63,849 nucleotides of DNA, filler included, from Thelocarpon superellum (GCA_026025795.1; 6 parts of 6 records of this genome joined end to end with filler, not necessarily neighbours in it); one strand, 5' to 3'; shown: positions 33,138 to 45,883, numbered from the whole stretch's first letter. The notes: a model not told the origin generated them from the letters alone. Translations and numbers: made by a program.

Positions 33138-34408
33138 CTTGCCAGATCGTGATTCCTGAACTTCGGGAGTGAAGACACTCGGGTTGGGACAGATCAAGGT
33201 GCCTGCACCAGGCGTCGCGGACGTTGCGTTCAATCGGTGAGGTCCAGCCGGGCTCGGAGTGATCGGTCCCACGGCCAGTGGAGGAAAGACGAATTGGCTC
33301 AGCACGGCGAGGAGCAGAAGCACAAAGCCGGCGAGCTGTACGGGGGAAACGGGGAGCTGGGAGAGGGCATGTGGTGAGGACGAGTAGGCGTGGGGAGGGA
33401 TGGGGTCCGCAGCCGACGCAGGTGGAGCATGAGAGAATGAGGCCGTGCGGACCCCAGACCTAGCGGGAGGTCTCGTGGTCGACAGCCTGACCGAGTGGCC
33501 GACGTCAGGCCTCGAAGGGCAAGTGGCGGAAGAGATGAGGGGCAACGGACGGGGTCGGGCGATGGCAGGATGGCGCTAATGATTCTTGGCCGTGCGATCC
33601 CGGGGGGTGACGGAGCCAGAGGCAATCAACCGACCCAAGCGTAGGCGAAGGCCCATAAATACGCTCAAACGGTACTTGATCGAGCTTGACATTTCTCGCT
33701 CCCAGCAGGGGAAGGCGGATCGAAGATTGCCCGGGCACTTCCGCCGTGCGAGGAGAAGCTGGGACACGCCGAACTACGAGCTACGAGCTATGCGATCACG
33801 CGCTTCAGGCCCAGTACTTGGGAACTTCTGCACCGGTAGTGCTGGAAAGCGAAAGTACGAAGGGTACCTGTGCAGCCGGATGGCCTGACTCGCGCTTGCA
33901 CGTCATCTTCTGGGCGAGGACGAGTAATTGGCCAATGCGAACTCATCATCCGCCACGGAGTATCCCGCGCTCGTCTCGGGAGTAAGAACACTTGACGAGG
34001 AGCGAGCCTGGCAGCTCAGGCTATTTCTCGCCGCCAGACATCGGCTGCTGTAACAACGCCACTCACTTGACGCCTTGCTCTGTAAATATGGCCAGTGTCA
34101 AGAATCTATCGCGGAGCTTTAAACGAGTAGGACCGATCATGTCGGCCATTACTGAGCCGATCCATCATCCTGATCGCCTAGACTGTTCCGTCCATCTCAG
34201 CTTTCTAGAATGACACGATGACCATTACTTCGAGCCAGGCAACAGAGCTTCTTCATGCACTGCTCCTCCACCTACCCGTAAACAGGCAAACCTGGGTTCT
34301 GCCCATATCCCACCTCGAGGGCTGGTCAACCTTTAGCTGCCTCTGTCTGTCATGCTATCAGCCCATGACCTCATATACCAGGTCAAATGCTGCATGCCGA
34401 GCTTCAGC

Positions 34409-34508
34409 NNNNNNNNNNNNNNNNNNNNNNNNNNNNNNNNNNNNNNNNNNNNTTAATTAATTAANNNNNNNNNNNNNNNNNNNNNNNNNNNNNNNNNNNN
34501 NNNNNNNN
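34409..34508. other. Artificial contig-joining spacer
   Basis: N44-TTAATTAATTAA-N44. Confidence 0.98.
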
Positions 34509-34510
34509 GA

Positions 34511-34807
34511 AGCGGAGATGGAAGTGGGAGCGGGAGCTTCAGCAGCGGTACCGGCGACGATAATCGCACTAGCCGTACCAGCGGCAGCGGCGACAATGAC
34601 AGTGGTGCTCTAGGAAGGATAGGGAGAGGAAGAGGAGGAAATGCTACCAATCGAAGCATGGACGACGATGACGATGGATGGAGCGGCGACGATATCTACG
34701 TGGGGGGGGTCTATCAACGTCGTACCCGTCGTCCTTATGCTGTACCTAGAACTGCGTGGCGAGGAGCGGGAGAAGGAGAAGGAGGATTATACAGCGCCAG
34801 ACGATGA
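34511..34807 (+). CDS. Possible 3' end of a gene (Gly/Ser/Asp-rich tail) broken at the contig start
   Basis: Open frame from the contig edge, SGDGSGSGSF...DDDDDGWSGDD...SARR*, followed by pyrimidine-rich UTR-like sequence. No recognisable domain. Confidence 0.3.
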   Translation, partial: SGDGSGSGSFSSGTGDDNRTSRTSGSGDNDSGALGRIGRGRGGNATNRSMDDDDDGWSGDDIYVGGVYQRRTRRPYAVPRTAWRGAGEGEGGLYSARR

Positions 34808-34918
34808 GGTCTTTTCTCATACAATCACACTCTCATTTCCATTCATTCATTCTACCCTCTCTCTCCTCACTTGTAATGCGGACAGATACGATCTATTAGC
34901 TACCAGCTACCAGCTACG

Positions 34919-36744
34919 TCAGCACCTCGCCTCCACCCCGCCATTCTCACTGATAGTCAAATACTTGACGCCTTTGTAAGGCTTGACGCTTTCGCCACCG
35001 ATGCCGCGACTCGTGCGTGTGTTGACGTTGAGACTGTCCACTTTGATGCCTGACGCCAGCCAGCCTTTGATACTGAAGCACACGCTGGCTGACGCAGGCA
35101 TGAGACTTGCGGTGCGTCGTGCCGTTTGCTCTGCGCTTGTTGGGCTTGGCGCTGGTGATGATGTCCCAGGGTGAGGATGAAGCTGTGAGGGGTGAGCGAG
35201 GGACATGGACGGCTGGGCGTCAGTCGTGCTGGTTGAGATCGAGCCAGACTGATATGCCATTCCCTCGTCGTATTCGTACGTGCTTGGTATAGCGGGACCT
35301 GACGCGTCATCCTCGTCTTCGTCGTCGCCATTATTGTCGCCGTCTTCGTCGGCTCTGGCTTGTCCTATCACGACGCAACGCAGTGTCGCGATGCCCGGGC
35401 CTCCTTTGCTGGGGACCCGCCATTCGACGGCCGCGTCGGTAGGCGAGTAGGCTGCTTCCCCTCGGCTGGGCCGGAGCTCGGGGATGTTTCGCACGGTGGG
35501 TGGAATGGGGACTGAGACCACCACGTCCTCCAGCGTCGGCTGGGCCGAACTGCCTCCAAAAGCAGGGGACGACGTGCCGAGTCGAGGCCCCCGGCTGCCT
35601 CGACCCAGGCCTGACGGCTGAGCGGATGGCGTCGACGCGCCAGGGAACTTGTTCGACATGACGAGGCGCACTTCGAACTCTGCTCCGCTGGCGCCGAGGC
35701 CCGTTCGAACTTCGAGAGAAATGGGCAAGGGGAGGTTTGACGCGGCGTTTGAGACTTTGTCGGGCGTGAATGGCAGAAGATCGACCTCGTAGCCGGCCAG
35801 CACAAAGCGGCCGTCGGGTGGCACGAAGCTCAGTTCGCCCGGTCGGTCGCGCCATCGAGCCAATCTCACGCAAGGGTGGAAGACGGGGAGTTCCATTGTT
35901 CTTTCCAGTCCTGCTGGGCCGCCTGCCGCCGAGAGCGTGAGGAGCAGATCGGGCACTCCGGAGAGCTTGGCGGTGAAGGCGATGGATCCGTTGGCGAACG
36001 CGGACAAGGGCCGTCCTGACGGTGCCAACGTGACGGACAGTGACTCTACAATGTCTACGTAGAGCTCGTTGGACGTATGTCGGACGTTGGCCCGTCGCCA
36101 GGGTAATTGTGGCACATTGGCGGGAGGATGGAGGGTAGGGCTTTGCAGCGATGATGGGCCTGGTGATGGGCTGGGCGTCGATCTAGACGACGTTAGTTAG
36201 ATGAAGCTGAGAGATTTCCCCAAGAGGTCCCTACCCCGGCAATCCCACGCCCCCCAGCAGCTTGCCCACCCATCCCGGAATCTCGACCACGTCCCTCAAT
36301 GCGTTGGGTTCGGTATTGCTCACGGCGCCTCCGTCACACATCTCGGCCAGCAGTTGCGCCACCACATCGTAGCTATTCTCTATCTTCCCCGGCAAAAGCG
36401 GCGCCCCCAAGAACTCCTCCAAGATATCGACCACGCGGTGAAGAAATTCTAGCACCAGTAAGGGCTCGGTATCGACGGAGCATGGTGAGAGAAACAGCAG
36501 CGGTGCATGGATAAGAGAGAAGAGGAGGGTAGGAGGTGATGTGTTCGGCAGATAGATCAACGACGGACGCGGGCATCGATGTGCGAGATACAAGGGCAGG
36601 AGAGTACGGGCGGATTGAGGTCGGGAGCGGTAGGTGTGCTGGAGAATGGGTTCACTATGCTTGCTTAGCTAGGTTGAGATGGAGGGGGGAGCCTCATTAC
36701 TGGTGCTGGTTGAAGATGAAGAGTGCCTCGATGCCACTGTACAT
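34919..36744 (-). CDS. APM3: AP-3 adaptor complex mu subunit; 3 exons (36744-36701, 36654-36235, 36182-34919)
   Basis: Motifs PLLVLEFLHRVVDILEEFLG...YDVVAQLLAEMCDGG...TEPNAL, PWRRANVRHTSNELYVDIVE, FHPCVRL, LSFVPPDGRFVL and ASGIKVDSL...PYKGVKY. Confidence 0.92.
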
Positions 36745-36972
36745 TCTCGAGGATATCTAATAAAGTCAGATCTTTATTGTGGTCCGATCATGACCGGTGA
36801 GCTCCGTATGTCGCGATTCAGTTTGGAGGGGTAAAATGCCGATCATTTCAGGTAACATCTCCAGCTTCCGGCCGTCGGTCATCGGCCATCGCATCAACCG
36901 AAGCGACAAGGCGACTTTCGCTTTCGAACTTCACGTCTCTCCATAGCTCTCCTCGACCACGACCAGGCAAGC

Positions 36973-37362
36973 ATGGCTCGAGCCTACCGGGATAACGCGG
37001 TCCCCCCCTTACAGCAACTACAACAACCCGAGAAGCTCAGCACTGTGCTGGAACAAGATCGCGCCGTGGATTGCCTTCCATGCCGCGCCATCGGTAAGTG
37101 TCTACCGGAGCGGCCACTACGTTGGTCCTCGGGCTGCCACTTTCCCCGTCATTTTCCGACCGACCAACTGACCCACGTAGGGTCCGCTGCGTTTGTCGGG
37201 CTCGGCGCCTATAGCTATTTCTCCGGTCGGCATCAACTTCGACAGCAAGAGGCCACTATCCTCAAGAGTGGCTCCATGTTTGGATTACGGGCGAGACGGG
37301 CGGGCATCACTGGCATTGCCACGGTGCTGGTTGGGATGGGTCTATGGCGGTTGGTGAACTGA
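36973..37362 (+). CDS. Small membrane protein, DUF4536/DMAC1-like; 2 exons (36973-37093, 37181-37362)
   Basis: Spliced product DCLPCRAIG|SAAFVGLGAYSYFSGRHQL...ATVLVGMGLWRLVN. Canonical intron GTAAGT...CTGAC...TAG. Confidence 0.8.
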   Translation: MARAYRDNAVPPLQQLQQPEKLSTVLEQDRAVDCLPCRAIGKCLPERPLRWSSGCHFPRHFPTDQLTHVGSAAFVGLGAYSYFSGRHQLRQQEATILKSGSMFGLRARRAGITGIATVLVGMGLWRLVN

Positions 37363-37794
37363 AAGAATCGGCTTTGAGAGTATCGCATAGCGACCGGTGG
37401 GAAGCCAGGCAGGCCGTACTCGTTCATCGAGCCGAGCGCGTTCTACGAATCTAAGCGGGCATGTCACGGGTGCGTCTTCTCATCGGGTCAGGCGCGGGTG
37501 AGGCTAAGTAAGGCATGGTTCGTCCGTCTCTCTAAAGAAAAGAAGCCTCGCAACACGACCCAGCCACGGAGCCACGGAGCCACCGAGTCATAAGATTCCG
37601 CACGTCTCCCACGCCTCCGCACCAACCTGCTCATCCCTCGCGCACTCTTCCAAAGTAGTCCCGCTCCAGTTAAGATAAGCAAAGAGAAGCAGACATGCAA
37701 GATATAGATGAAGGGAATATCGGTGAGCGATGCGACGCGGGGTATGACGAAGGACGCCGAGAGGTGCAGGTCGTAATGTCGTTGCCAACGTCCC

Positions 37795-38607
37795 TCATAG
37801 ATATCGTCCTCTCTTCCCCGGACTGGATCCGTCTCTGCCAATCCCTACGCTGCCGAGGTCGAAAAGCTCTCCGAAAGGAAAGCGTCGTTTGTACCCGGTT
37901 CCGGCGGGGAGCGCGTTGATGGACGAGGCTCGCGTGGTCATCCTGCTGTGGCCGCTGTGCCGGTGGCGTGACGAGCGCGATAAGCCATCGGTTTTGGAGG
38001 AGAAGGTCGCATTGGTGATGGGGGAAATTTGCGTCGACTTCGAGGCCGATGGCGCAGACTCAGCGTCATCACTGATCATGTCCGTGTCATGTTGTGGGGG
38101 ATAGGATACCCCGGCGCAGAAGGTGAAGGAGTCTGACACCACAGGAGCCGCCGCAGATGGCGGGTTGGGTGGCGCAGATGACGTGCGTACCGGTGACGCG
38201 GACCGGGTCCCACGCCGCGTCAATGGGATCTCTTCTCGCGCTTCGTTCCGCGGCGGAGCCGGCGACGAGCTCCGCGCCCGTGTTGTCATCTCCCCCTTCT
38301 CATCTTCGCTGTCGACCGAGGTGTGGCTTCCATCGAGCCGTTCAGTCGCCCATTGACGCACCGTCCAGCCCTCGCCGTCGTCCAAGCCCAGGTTTTCGTG
38401 GTCCAGAAAGGCCAGGAGCTCGTCGAGCGCTTCTTGGTACCCTGCACGATGGGCCCGGGATTCGTCCGCCGCCGCAATCTTGTAGAGAGTGGTGACGGAG
38501 AGGGCGGCGGCACGAAACGACTGCATCAGCTGTTCGGGAGGATCGCGAGCCCGGGCTTTGGGCGATGAGCCGGGTAGGGAGGTGTTTAATGTCCGCATCG
38601 AGTCCAT
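37795..38607 (-). CDS. Conserved fungal protein, HAPSTR1/YJR056C (DUF4588)-like
   Basis: Start inferred at MDSMRTLNTSLP. Motif LMQSFRAAALSVTTLYK...GYQEALDELLAFL, then a disordered linker and a basic C-terminal tail (KRRFPF...KRGRYL). Confidence 0.7.
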   Translation of the reverse strand: MDSMRTLNTSLPGSSPKARARDPPEQLMQSFRAAALSVTTLYKIAAADESRAHRAGYQEALDELLAFLDHENLGLDDGEGWTVRQWATERLDGSHTSVDSEDEKGEMTTRARSSSPAPPRNEAREEIPLTRRGTRSASPVRTSSAPPNPPSAAAPVVSDSFTFCAGVSYPPQHDTDMISDDAESAPSASKSTQISPITNATFSSKTDGLSRSSRHRHSGHSRMTTRASSINALPAGTGYKRRFPFGELFDLGSVGIGRDGSSPGKRGRYL

Positions 38608-39461
38608 CTTGTCGGCGGCGGGAAGAATCTGACGAAGACGAACGCGTCCGACGACGATAACGCCACCAAGGCGACGAGCACGCGGGAGCGGGCTTTGACG
38701 GCACCGAGGCCAACGGAGCGCCAGGGGAAGGCCGGTCAGAGGGCGGTCAGGTTGGGGGTAGAGGAGTCGGGCTCGCCTGCGGTGCTGGGGGGACTGCCCG
38801 TGCGGAGAGGATGAACGGAGAGGGCGGGCTATCGAGGCGGAAAGGTGGAAAGTGATGCGGCGACATGGCCGATCTCGCTTGACTCCGCCAATCGTTGAGA
38901 CTGCACGTGTTTGCTCCTCCGGCTCAGGGCCGGATGCTGCCGGTGGTTCGAGTAGCATTACCGGCACCAGTATGTTAGTACAGGTCCCTGTGGACGTGGC
39001 CGAGGCCGTGGCCGAGGCCGTGGCCGTGGAGGCAGAAGTCTCCGTCAGCCTCGAGCTACCCTCACCACCAAAACTCTTACCTAGACTTTTGATCCGTACT
39101 TCGTACCTCCCATGAGGCAAGCGAGCCGTCGCGTCTGATTATTTGCAGTCCGCTCGTCTACGCCAACACGCGCAGGAGACCGTGTTCGTAGTAGTAGGCG
39201 GGAGTTGTGAGATCGAACCCTGGGAGCCGCAACGGCGCAATTGTCTTTCTTTCCGTTCCGACCTCAGTCATCAGCCATCACACCCCGTCAGTGACTCGTG
39301 GCATCGGCCCGCCTCCCGCCTCCCCTCCATCGCGTGTCACTCTCCCGAGCACGGTCTCGGCGACTCTCAGACGTCAAAGTGGGTTCGTGACCGGCCCGAG
39401 CAAATTATCTGGGGGAGCCTCCACCTGATCGGATAGAGCGCGCCGGGCTCGATCGCTCTCC

Positions 39462-42400
39462 ATGGCACCATCACGATCACGCCTGACCGACTCCGACCCT
39501 CCCACCCAAGACACCTCTGCCGCCGCCACACCCATGTCCGAGGACCAGGCCGGCGCTGCGCTCCAGTTGCAGGTCGAAGATCGGGATGAGAGCATGGTGG
39601 TATGTCGTGGCTACCGCCCACGTCTTTACGCCGATATGGCCAACGTGTGACTGACGCGGAATCCCCGCAGGACGCGAACGACGCCGATGACTATAGCGTA
39701 TGCCTCAGAGATGGCGGGGGCTTACCTTGGAGCGCATGCTGACCCCTGACGCAGGACACGTCGGACACCAACCCCAACACCACCGCCAGTAGCATCGCCG
39801 GCGATATCCATCCCGACCGGCGGAAGAGGCGTTCCGAGGCATCTGCGCTACGAAAGAGTGTCTTCGGCAAGAAGCACAATCGTCTCGACGAATCCAAGGT
39901 GCGCCACCCAGACACCCCTCAGAGCCTCAACCCATTGAGATCAAGCTCGCCCCGGTCGATGCTAATTGCCCGCCATCTGCAGGAAGATGATTCCGTCCGC
40001 CGCTTTCGCTACCTGTTGGGGCTGACGGACCTGTTTCGCCATTTCATCGAGACCAACCCGAACCCGCGCATCAAGGAGATCATCGCGCAGATTGACCAAC
40101 AGAATGAGGCGGAGGCGGAAAAGGCCAAGAGGGGCCTGAAACGTGCCGGAGGCGCCGCGGTCGAGCGACGCCGTCGTACCGAGCAAGAGGAGGACGCCGA
40201 GCTTCTCAAGGACGAGAAGCACGGCGGCTCCGCCGAGACCGTGTTCCGCGAGTCGCCCACCTTCATCAAAGGGGGCGAGATGCGAGATTACCAGGTGGCC
40301 GGACTCAACTGGCTGATCTCCCTGCACGAGAACGGCATCTCGGGCATCTTGGCCGACGAGATGGGCTTGGGCAAGACCCTGCAGACCATCGCCTTCCTCG
40401 GCTATCTCCGCTATATTCAAGGCATCGCCGGCCCGCACCTGGTCATCGTCCCCAAGTCCACCCTCGACAACTGGAAACGCGAGTTCGGCAAGTGGACGCC
40501 CGACGTCAATGTGCTGGTGCTGCAAGGCGCCAAAGAAGAGCGGCACCAGCTCATCAACGAACGTCTGGTGGACGAGCAATTTGACGTCTGCATCACCAGC
40601 TACGAGATGATCCTCCGTGAGAAGGCCCATCTGAAGAAGTTTGCGTGGGAATACATCATCGTGGATGAGGTCCGTCACCCCCGTCACCCCCGTCACCCCC
40701 GTCACCCCCCACCACCGGGTGCTGCTCCAATGAATGTCATGCTGACCTCCGTAGGCACATCGCATCAAGAACGAGGAATCATCCCTGGCTCAAATCATCC
40801 GACTCTTCAGCTCCCGCAATCGACTCTTGATCACGGGCACGCCCCTCCAGAACAACCTGCACGAGCTGTGGGCCCTGCTCAACTTCCTCCTCCCCGACGT
40901 CTTTGGCGAATCCGAGGCGTTTGACTCGTGGTTCTCGGGGCAAGAACAAGACCAAGACACGGTGGTGCAACAGCTGCATCGCGTGCTGCGACCCTTCCTG
41001 CTGCGGCGTGTCAAGAGCGACGTGGAGAAGAGCCTGCTCCCGAAGAAGGAGGTCAATCTGTACGTGGGCATGTCGGACATGCAGGTCAAATGGTATCAGA
41101 AGATCCTCGAAAAGGACATTGACGCCGTCAACGGCGCCGCCGGGAAGCGCGAGTCCAAGACCCGGCTGCTCAACATCGTCATGCAACTCCGCAAATGCTG
41201 CAATCACCCCTACCTCTTCGAGGGGGCCGAGCCCGGCCCACCCTACACCACCGACGAGCATTTGGTCTTCAACGCCGGCAAGATGGTCATGCTCGACAAG
41301 CTCCTCGTGCGGATGAAGAAGCAGGGCAGCCGCATCCTCATCTTCTCCCAGATGAGCCGGGTGCTCGACATCCTCGAGGACTACTGCGTTTTCCGCGACT
41401 TCAAGTACTGCCGCATCGACGGTTCCACCGCGCACGAGGACCGCATCTCGGCCATTGACGACTACAACCGGCCCGACTCGGAGAAGTTCGTCTTCCTCCT
41501 CACCACCCGCGCCGGGGGTCTGGGCATCAACCTGACCAGCGCGGACATCGTCGTGCTCTACGACAGCGATTGGAACCCGCAGGCCGATCTGCAGGCCATG
41601 GACCGCGCCCATCGCATCGGCCAGACCAAGCAGGTGGTCGTCTTTCGCTTCGTGACGGAGAATGCCATCGAGGAGAAGGTGTTGGAACGGGCGGCGCAGA
41701 AGCTGCGCCTCGATCAGCTCGTCATCCAGCAGGGCCGCGCGCAGCAGGCGGCCAAGGCGGCCGCTTCCAAGGATGAGCTGCTCACCATGATTCAGCACGG
41801 GGCGGAAAAGGTCTTCCAGACCAAGGGCGCCACCGGGGTCTTGGCCGACAAGCCGGACCTGACCGAGGACGACATCGACGACATCCTCAAGCACGGGGAG
41901 AAGCGCACGGCCGAGCTGAACGCGCGCTACGAGAAGCTCGGCATCGACGATCTGCAGAAGTTCACGTCGGACAACGCCTACGAGTGGAATGGCGAGGACT
42001 TTACCAACCGCAAGAAGGAGATTGGCATCAACTGGATCAATCCCGCCAAGCGCGAGCGCAAGGAGCAGTCCTACTCCATGGACAAGTACTACCGCCAGGC
42101 CCTGTCCACGGGCGGGCCCAAGGCCGAGGCCAAGCCCAAGGCCCCGCGGGCGCCCAAGCAGGTGACGGTGCACGACTACCAGTTCTTCCCGCCCCTCCTG
42201 CGCGACCTCCAAGAGCGCGAGACGGCCTACTTCCGCAAGGAGATTGGGTACAAGGTGCCGTTGCCCGACGGCGAGGACGAGGAGCTGACCTACCGCGAGA
42301 CGGAGCGGGAGCTGGAGCAAAAGGAGATTGACGATGCCACGCCCTTGACCGAGGAGGAGCAGGAGCAGAAGGCGCGGCTGTCGGAAGAAGGCTTCGTGTC

Positions 42401-43232
42401 TTGGAACCGTCGTGACTTTCAGCAGTTCATCAACGCCTCGGCCCGGCACGGACGGAACACCTTCCGCGCCATCGCCGAGGAGATTGACAGCAAGACGGAG
42501 AAGGAGGTGCGCGAGTACGCCAAGGTCTTCTGGCAGCGCTACACGGAGATTGAGTCCTACCACAAGTACCTCACCATCATCGAAGCTGGCGAGGAGAAGG
42601 CGCGCAAGATCCACCACCAGCGCAAGATGTTGCGCAAGAAGATGGAGATGTATCGCGTGCCGCTGCAGCAGCTCAAGATCAACTACTCCGTCTCCACCAC
42701 CAACAAGAAGGTCTATACCGAGGAAGAGGACCGCTTCCTCCTGGTCCAGCTCGACCGCTTCGGCGTCGACGGCGAGAACATCTACGAGCAGATCCGCGAC
42801 GAGATCCGCGAGAGCCCGCTCTTTCGCTTCGACTGGTTCTTCCTGAGCCGGACCCCGGTCGAGATCGGCCGACGGTGTACCACCTTGCTGACCACCGTGG
42901 CGCGCGAGTTCGAGGTCACCGCGGACGAGAAGGGGGCCAACGGTACGGGCAAGGGGCGGGGCCGGGATCGGGAGGAGGACGACGACGACGACCAGGAGAA
43001 CCTGCCGGCGAAGAAGAAGGCCAAGAATGGGGTCAAGGTGGGTCAGCCGCACGGTCGCACTTCGGCGGCACCTCACTGACATGCCTGCCTCGCGTAGAAC
43101 AAGCAGCTTGACCAGGTCAAGTCCGGCGGCGTCAGCAAGGCCACGTCGGCCGCCACCTCTCGGGCGGCCAGCGTCGTCTCCAACACCTCCAGCACCGTGC
43201 CCAAGAATAAGAGCAAGTCGAAGAAGAAGTAG
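39462..43232 (+). CDS. ISW2: ISWI-family chromatin-remodelling ATPase (Isw1/Isw2); 6 exons (39462-39599, 39671-39697, 39755-39898, 39983-40669, 40755-43037, 43098-43232)
   Basis: SNF2 motifs [43 protein letters not shown] and [21 protein letters not shown], with C-terminal HAND-SANT-SLIDE. All five introns are GT..AG and preserve the frame. Confidence 0.94.
40672..40707 (+). repeat. 9-bp tandem repeat (CCGTCACCC)x4 inside ISWI intron 4
   Basis: Four perfect units beginning within the GTCCGT donor. Confidence 0.9.
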
Positions 43233-43615
43233 ACGATTCCGGGCGTGCTCGACCACGAGATGGACCGACCAGAAGATTCCACGAGCAGGGGGTTTTTACT
43301 TGTACGCATGAGATGGAAACCGCTGTTATTGTTTATCGTCATTTGTCATCTGACAAGAGTATTGTCGTTGACGTTGTCATTGTTCGTTGTCAGTCCTCAT
43401 ACTGCGGCGTATACGGTAGACGGTACTGTAGGAAAAGGTGGAGCGAGTTCGCTCTTCTAGTTCTCGTCACGCCCATCGTGACGGTCCCCTCGTGCCTCCC
43501 TCCCTCGTGCCGGCCAGACCGTGCCAGGCTCGCTCATGACCCCGGACTCCGATCTCGTCCACGCTCGCACGTACAACGCTCACTAGTCGGAGATGTTTGT
43601 GGGAAGGTAGCAGCT

Positions 43616-44392
43616 CTAATCTACAAACCCCATTTCGTCATCCATGACGCCCACCAAGCCCCGCCCAGTGTGGTCTTGTCCACTGTTCACTGGCGGCCAA
43701 CTCTTCTGTCTCTCCCGGAGGACCTCGATATCGCGGATGGCGCTCGCTAGGTTGCTGATCGATGCGGGGTCAGTGTCCGCCCCTAGATTGATGAAAGGAT
43801 GGACGAAAGGAAGCATCCCACATACTCCAACTTGCCGTGCACGGCATAGCCGGCCGAGGCCAACTCTTCCGCCAGTTCGGCCTGGTGATTATCCAAGAGG
43901 GATTCGTTAGGAACAACGATCAACGGTACGGCGATGCGTAAGGCGTCCAGAATGGTTCCAGAACCTGTGCCCTTTCAGTCCCGTCCGTTCCGGTCCGTCT
44001 TCACCATGGTCGCCAAGTCGGGGCATCATGGGCGGTCATCGCAGGTGGATGGTTCGGAGAAACTTACCAGCGTGGCTGATCACGACCCCTCCGGACGATC
44101 CAATGCCCCGGCCCCTGGCCGCCTGCATCTGCGTCGCCAGCCCTTGTGGACTGAACGCGAAGCCTTGGATCGAGATGCCATGCGTAGAATCCAGGTTACC
44201 CTGCGCGGCGGTAAAGTCATGGAATATGCTTTCACCCTTCCCATACTGCACGAGAAGATGTGTGTAGGACGAGGCACTCAGCGCCTTGAGAAACACATCG
44301 TTCAGCACGGCGGAGAGAAGGGCGTCAAATCGAGCCGTCGCTCCAATGGTGACGAAACACCATTTTTGGGACCGTGGGCGACCATCAGACAT
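43616..44392 (-). CDS. ALG13: UDP-GlcNAc transferase subunit Alg13; 3 exons (44392-44068, 43964-43826, 43754-43616)
   Basis: [36 protein letters not shown] and [21 protein letters not shown]. Confidence 0.92.
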
Positions 44393-44709
44393 TGCTGCAT
44401 TGTTGATGTTGTCTTGGTGGGGGTCGGGGACAGAGGGGGACAGTGGGGGACAGGGGGACAGTGGACGGCATCACTGACTGGCTACTCGTTCTCGTACCCG
44501 TACTCGTACTATAGCCTGGTCTAGTAGCGAGTAGCCCACTTGATCGGCATTTCCCGCAGCGCGGCGGAAGTCACGACGGAAATCTGCAACTCGCAGTCGG
44601 CTACGATTCGCTCTCGCCTTCTTCTTGGCGCTCCGAGCTTCGACAATCACTGGTCTTCCTCTCATCGGGCTGCATCCACGCCGGCAGCTCTCGTCCCCTC
44701 CCTGACACC

Positions 44710-45883
44710 ATGGCGACTGTCGTGCACGGCTGGAGGGTGGCATTGCGGCAACGGAGGCCCCAATCCCTTCTTCGTACCCAGACCAGAACACCCTGTGCGG
44801 CGTCGCGGGCTTTCACCACAATCCCGCGGCGAGCGGACGAAAAGGCAGCGGACGGGACATCGAGTGCAACCTCATCCGATGACTTTGCCTCGACCTTGAG
44901 CCCTGCGGCACAGGAAACCTACAATGGCCTCTCCGCCACGGAGAAACGGCGCGTGCAGGTGGAATCTCGAAAGATTGACGCCAATATTGACAAGATCATC
45001 GCCGAGCCCGTTCCCGGTGGGGACATGCGCGCCGTACGACCGCGTCCACGAAACGCTACGAACTTCCTGGCCATGGGGGAGAAGGATGAGAAAACCTACC
45101 CAGCTCCTCCAGAATTTGAAGAAGATGAGATGAGCTCGTTGGGGCATGGATTCCTCGAGCAGCACCGAGAGATTCGAGAGTTTGCTCGGATCGCCGCGTG
45201 GGAGATGCCATTGCTGAGCAGTACGTCTTCCGTCGCGCCTTGCATTGGCCTGCAACTGACCCGCCCTCTCTAGAGCTCGCGCAGCCATTTGTTCCCCCGG
45301 CCCACGATCAGCCCCTCCGCTTCCGCTATACCACCTACATGGGCGAAACGCACCCGGCCGAGAAGAAGGTGGTGGTGGAGTTTTGCACGCGAGATCTGCC
45401 CGGCCTAACGGAGTCCCAACGCGAGAAACTCATCAAGCTCGTGGGCGTCCGATACAACCCCGAGACGGACGTTGTCAAGATGAGCTCGGAGATGTTTGAG
45501 ACCCAGGCCCAGAACAAGCGGTATCTAGGTGATTTGGTGGACACTCTGCTCCGCGAAGCCCGGGTACGTGGGCACACCCCTGCTATTCCACATCCTCCGT
45601 CATCAACTTCTCAATGCTCATTCCTCTCCAGGACTCAAAGGATACCTTCGCCGACATCCCCTTTGACTTCCGCCATCACACGTACAAGACCAGGCTATCT
45701 TTTCCCGAGGAGTGGCGCATGACGCCCGAACGAAGGCAGCATTTACTCGATGCCCGAGCGAAACAGGCGCTGGAACAGGAGACGGAGCACGAACAGGGCA
45801 AGATTGTCGACGGCACGGCGGAAATCGCCCGTGCTTTGGTCGCCCCGTCCAGCAACGCCTCCAAGGAAACGTCGACCGTTTCC
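44710..45883 (+). CDS. RSM24: Mitochondrial small-subunit ribosomal protein mS35 (Rsm24); exons 44710-45220, 45274-45563, 45632-contig end
   Basis: Arg-rich presequence, then LEQHREIREFARIAAWEMPLL, PLRFRYTTYMGETHPAEKKVVV, QAQNKRYLGDLV and DTFADIPFDFRH. 3' end truncated. Confidence 0.9.

Noticed and set aside
38608..39120. N-terminal extension of the 441-aa ORF
   Set aside because: Non-ATG start and UTR/promoter-like composition. The conserved-looking sequence begins at MDSMR.
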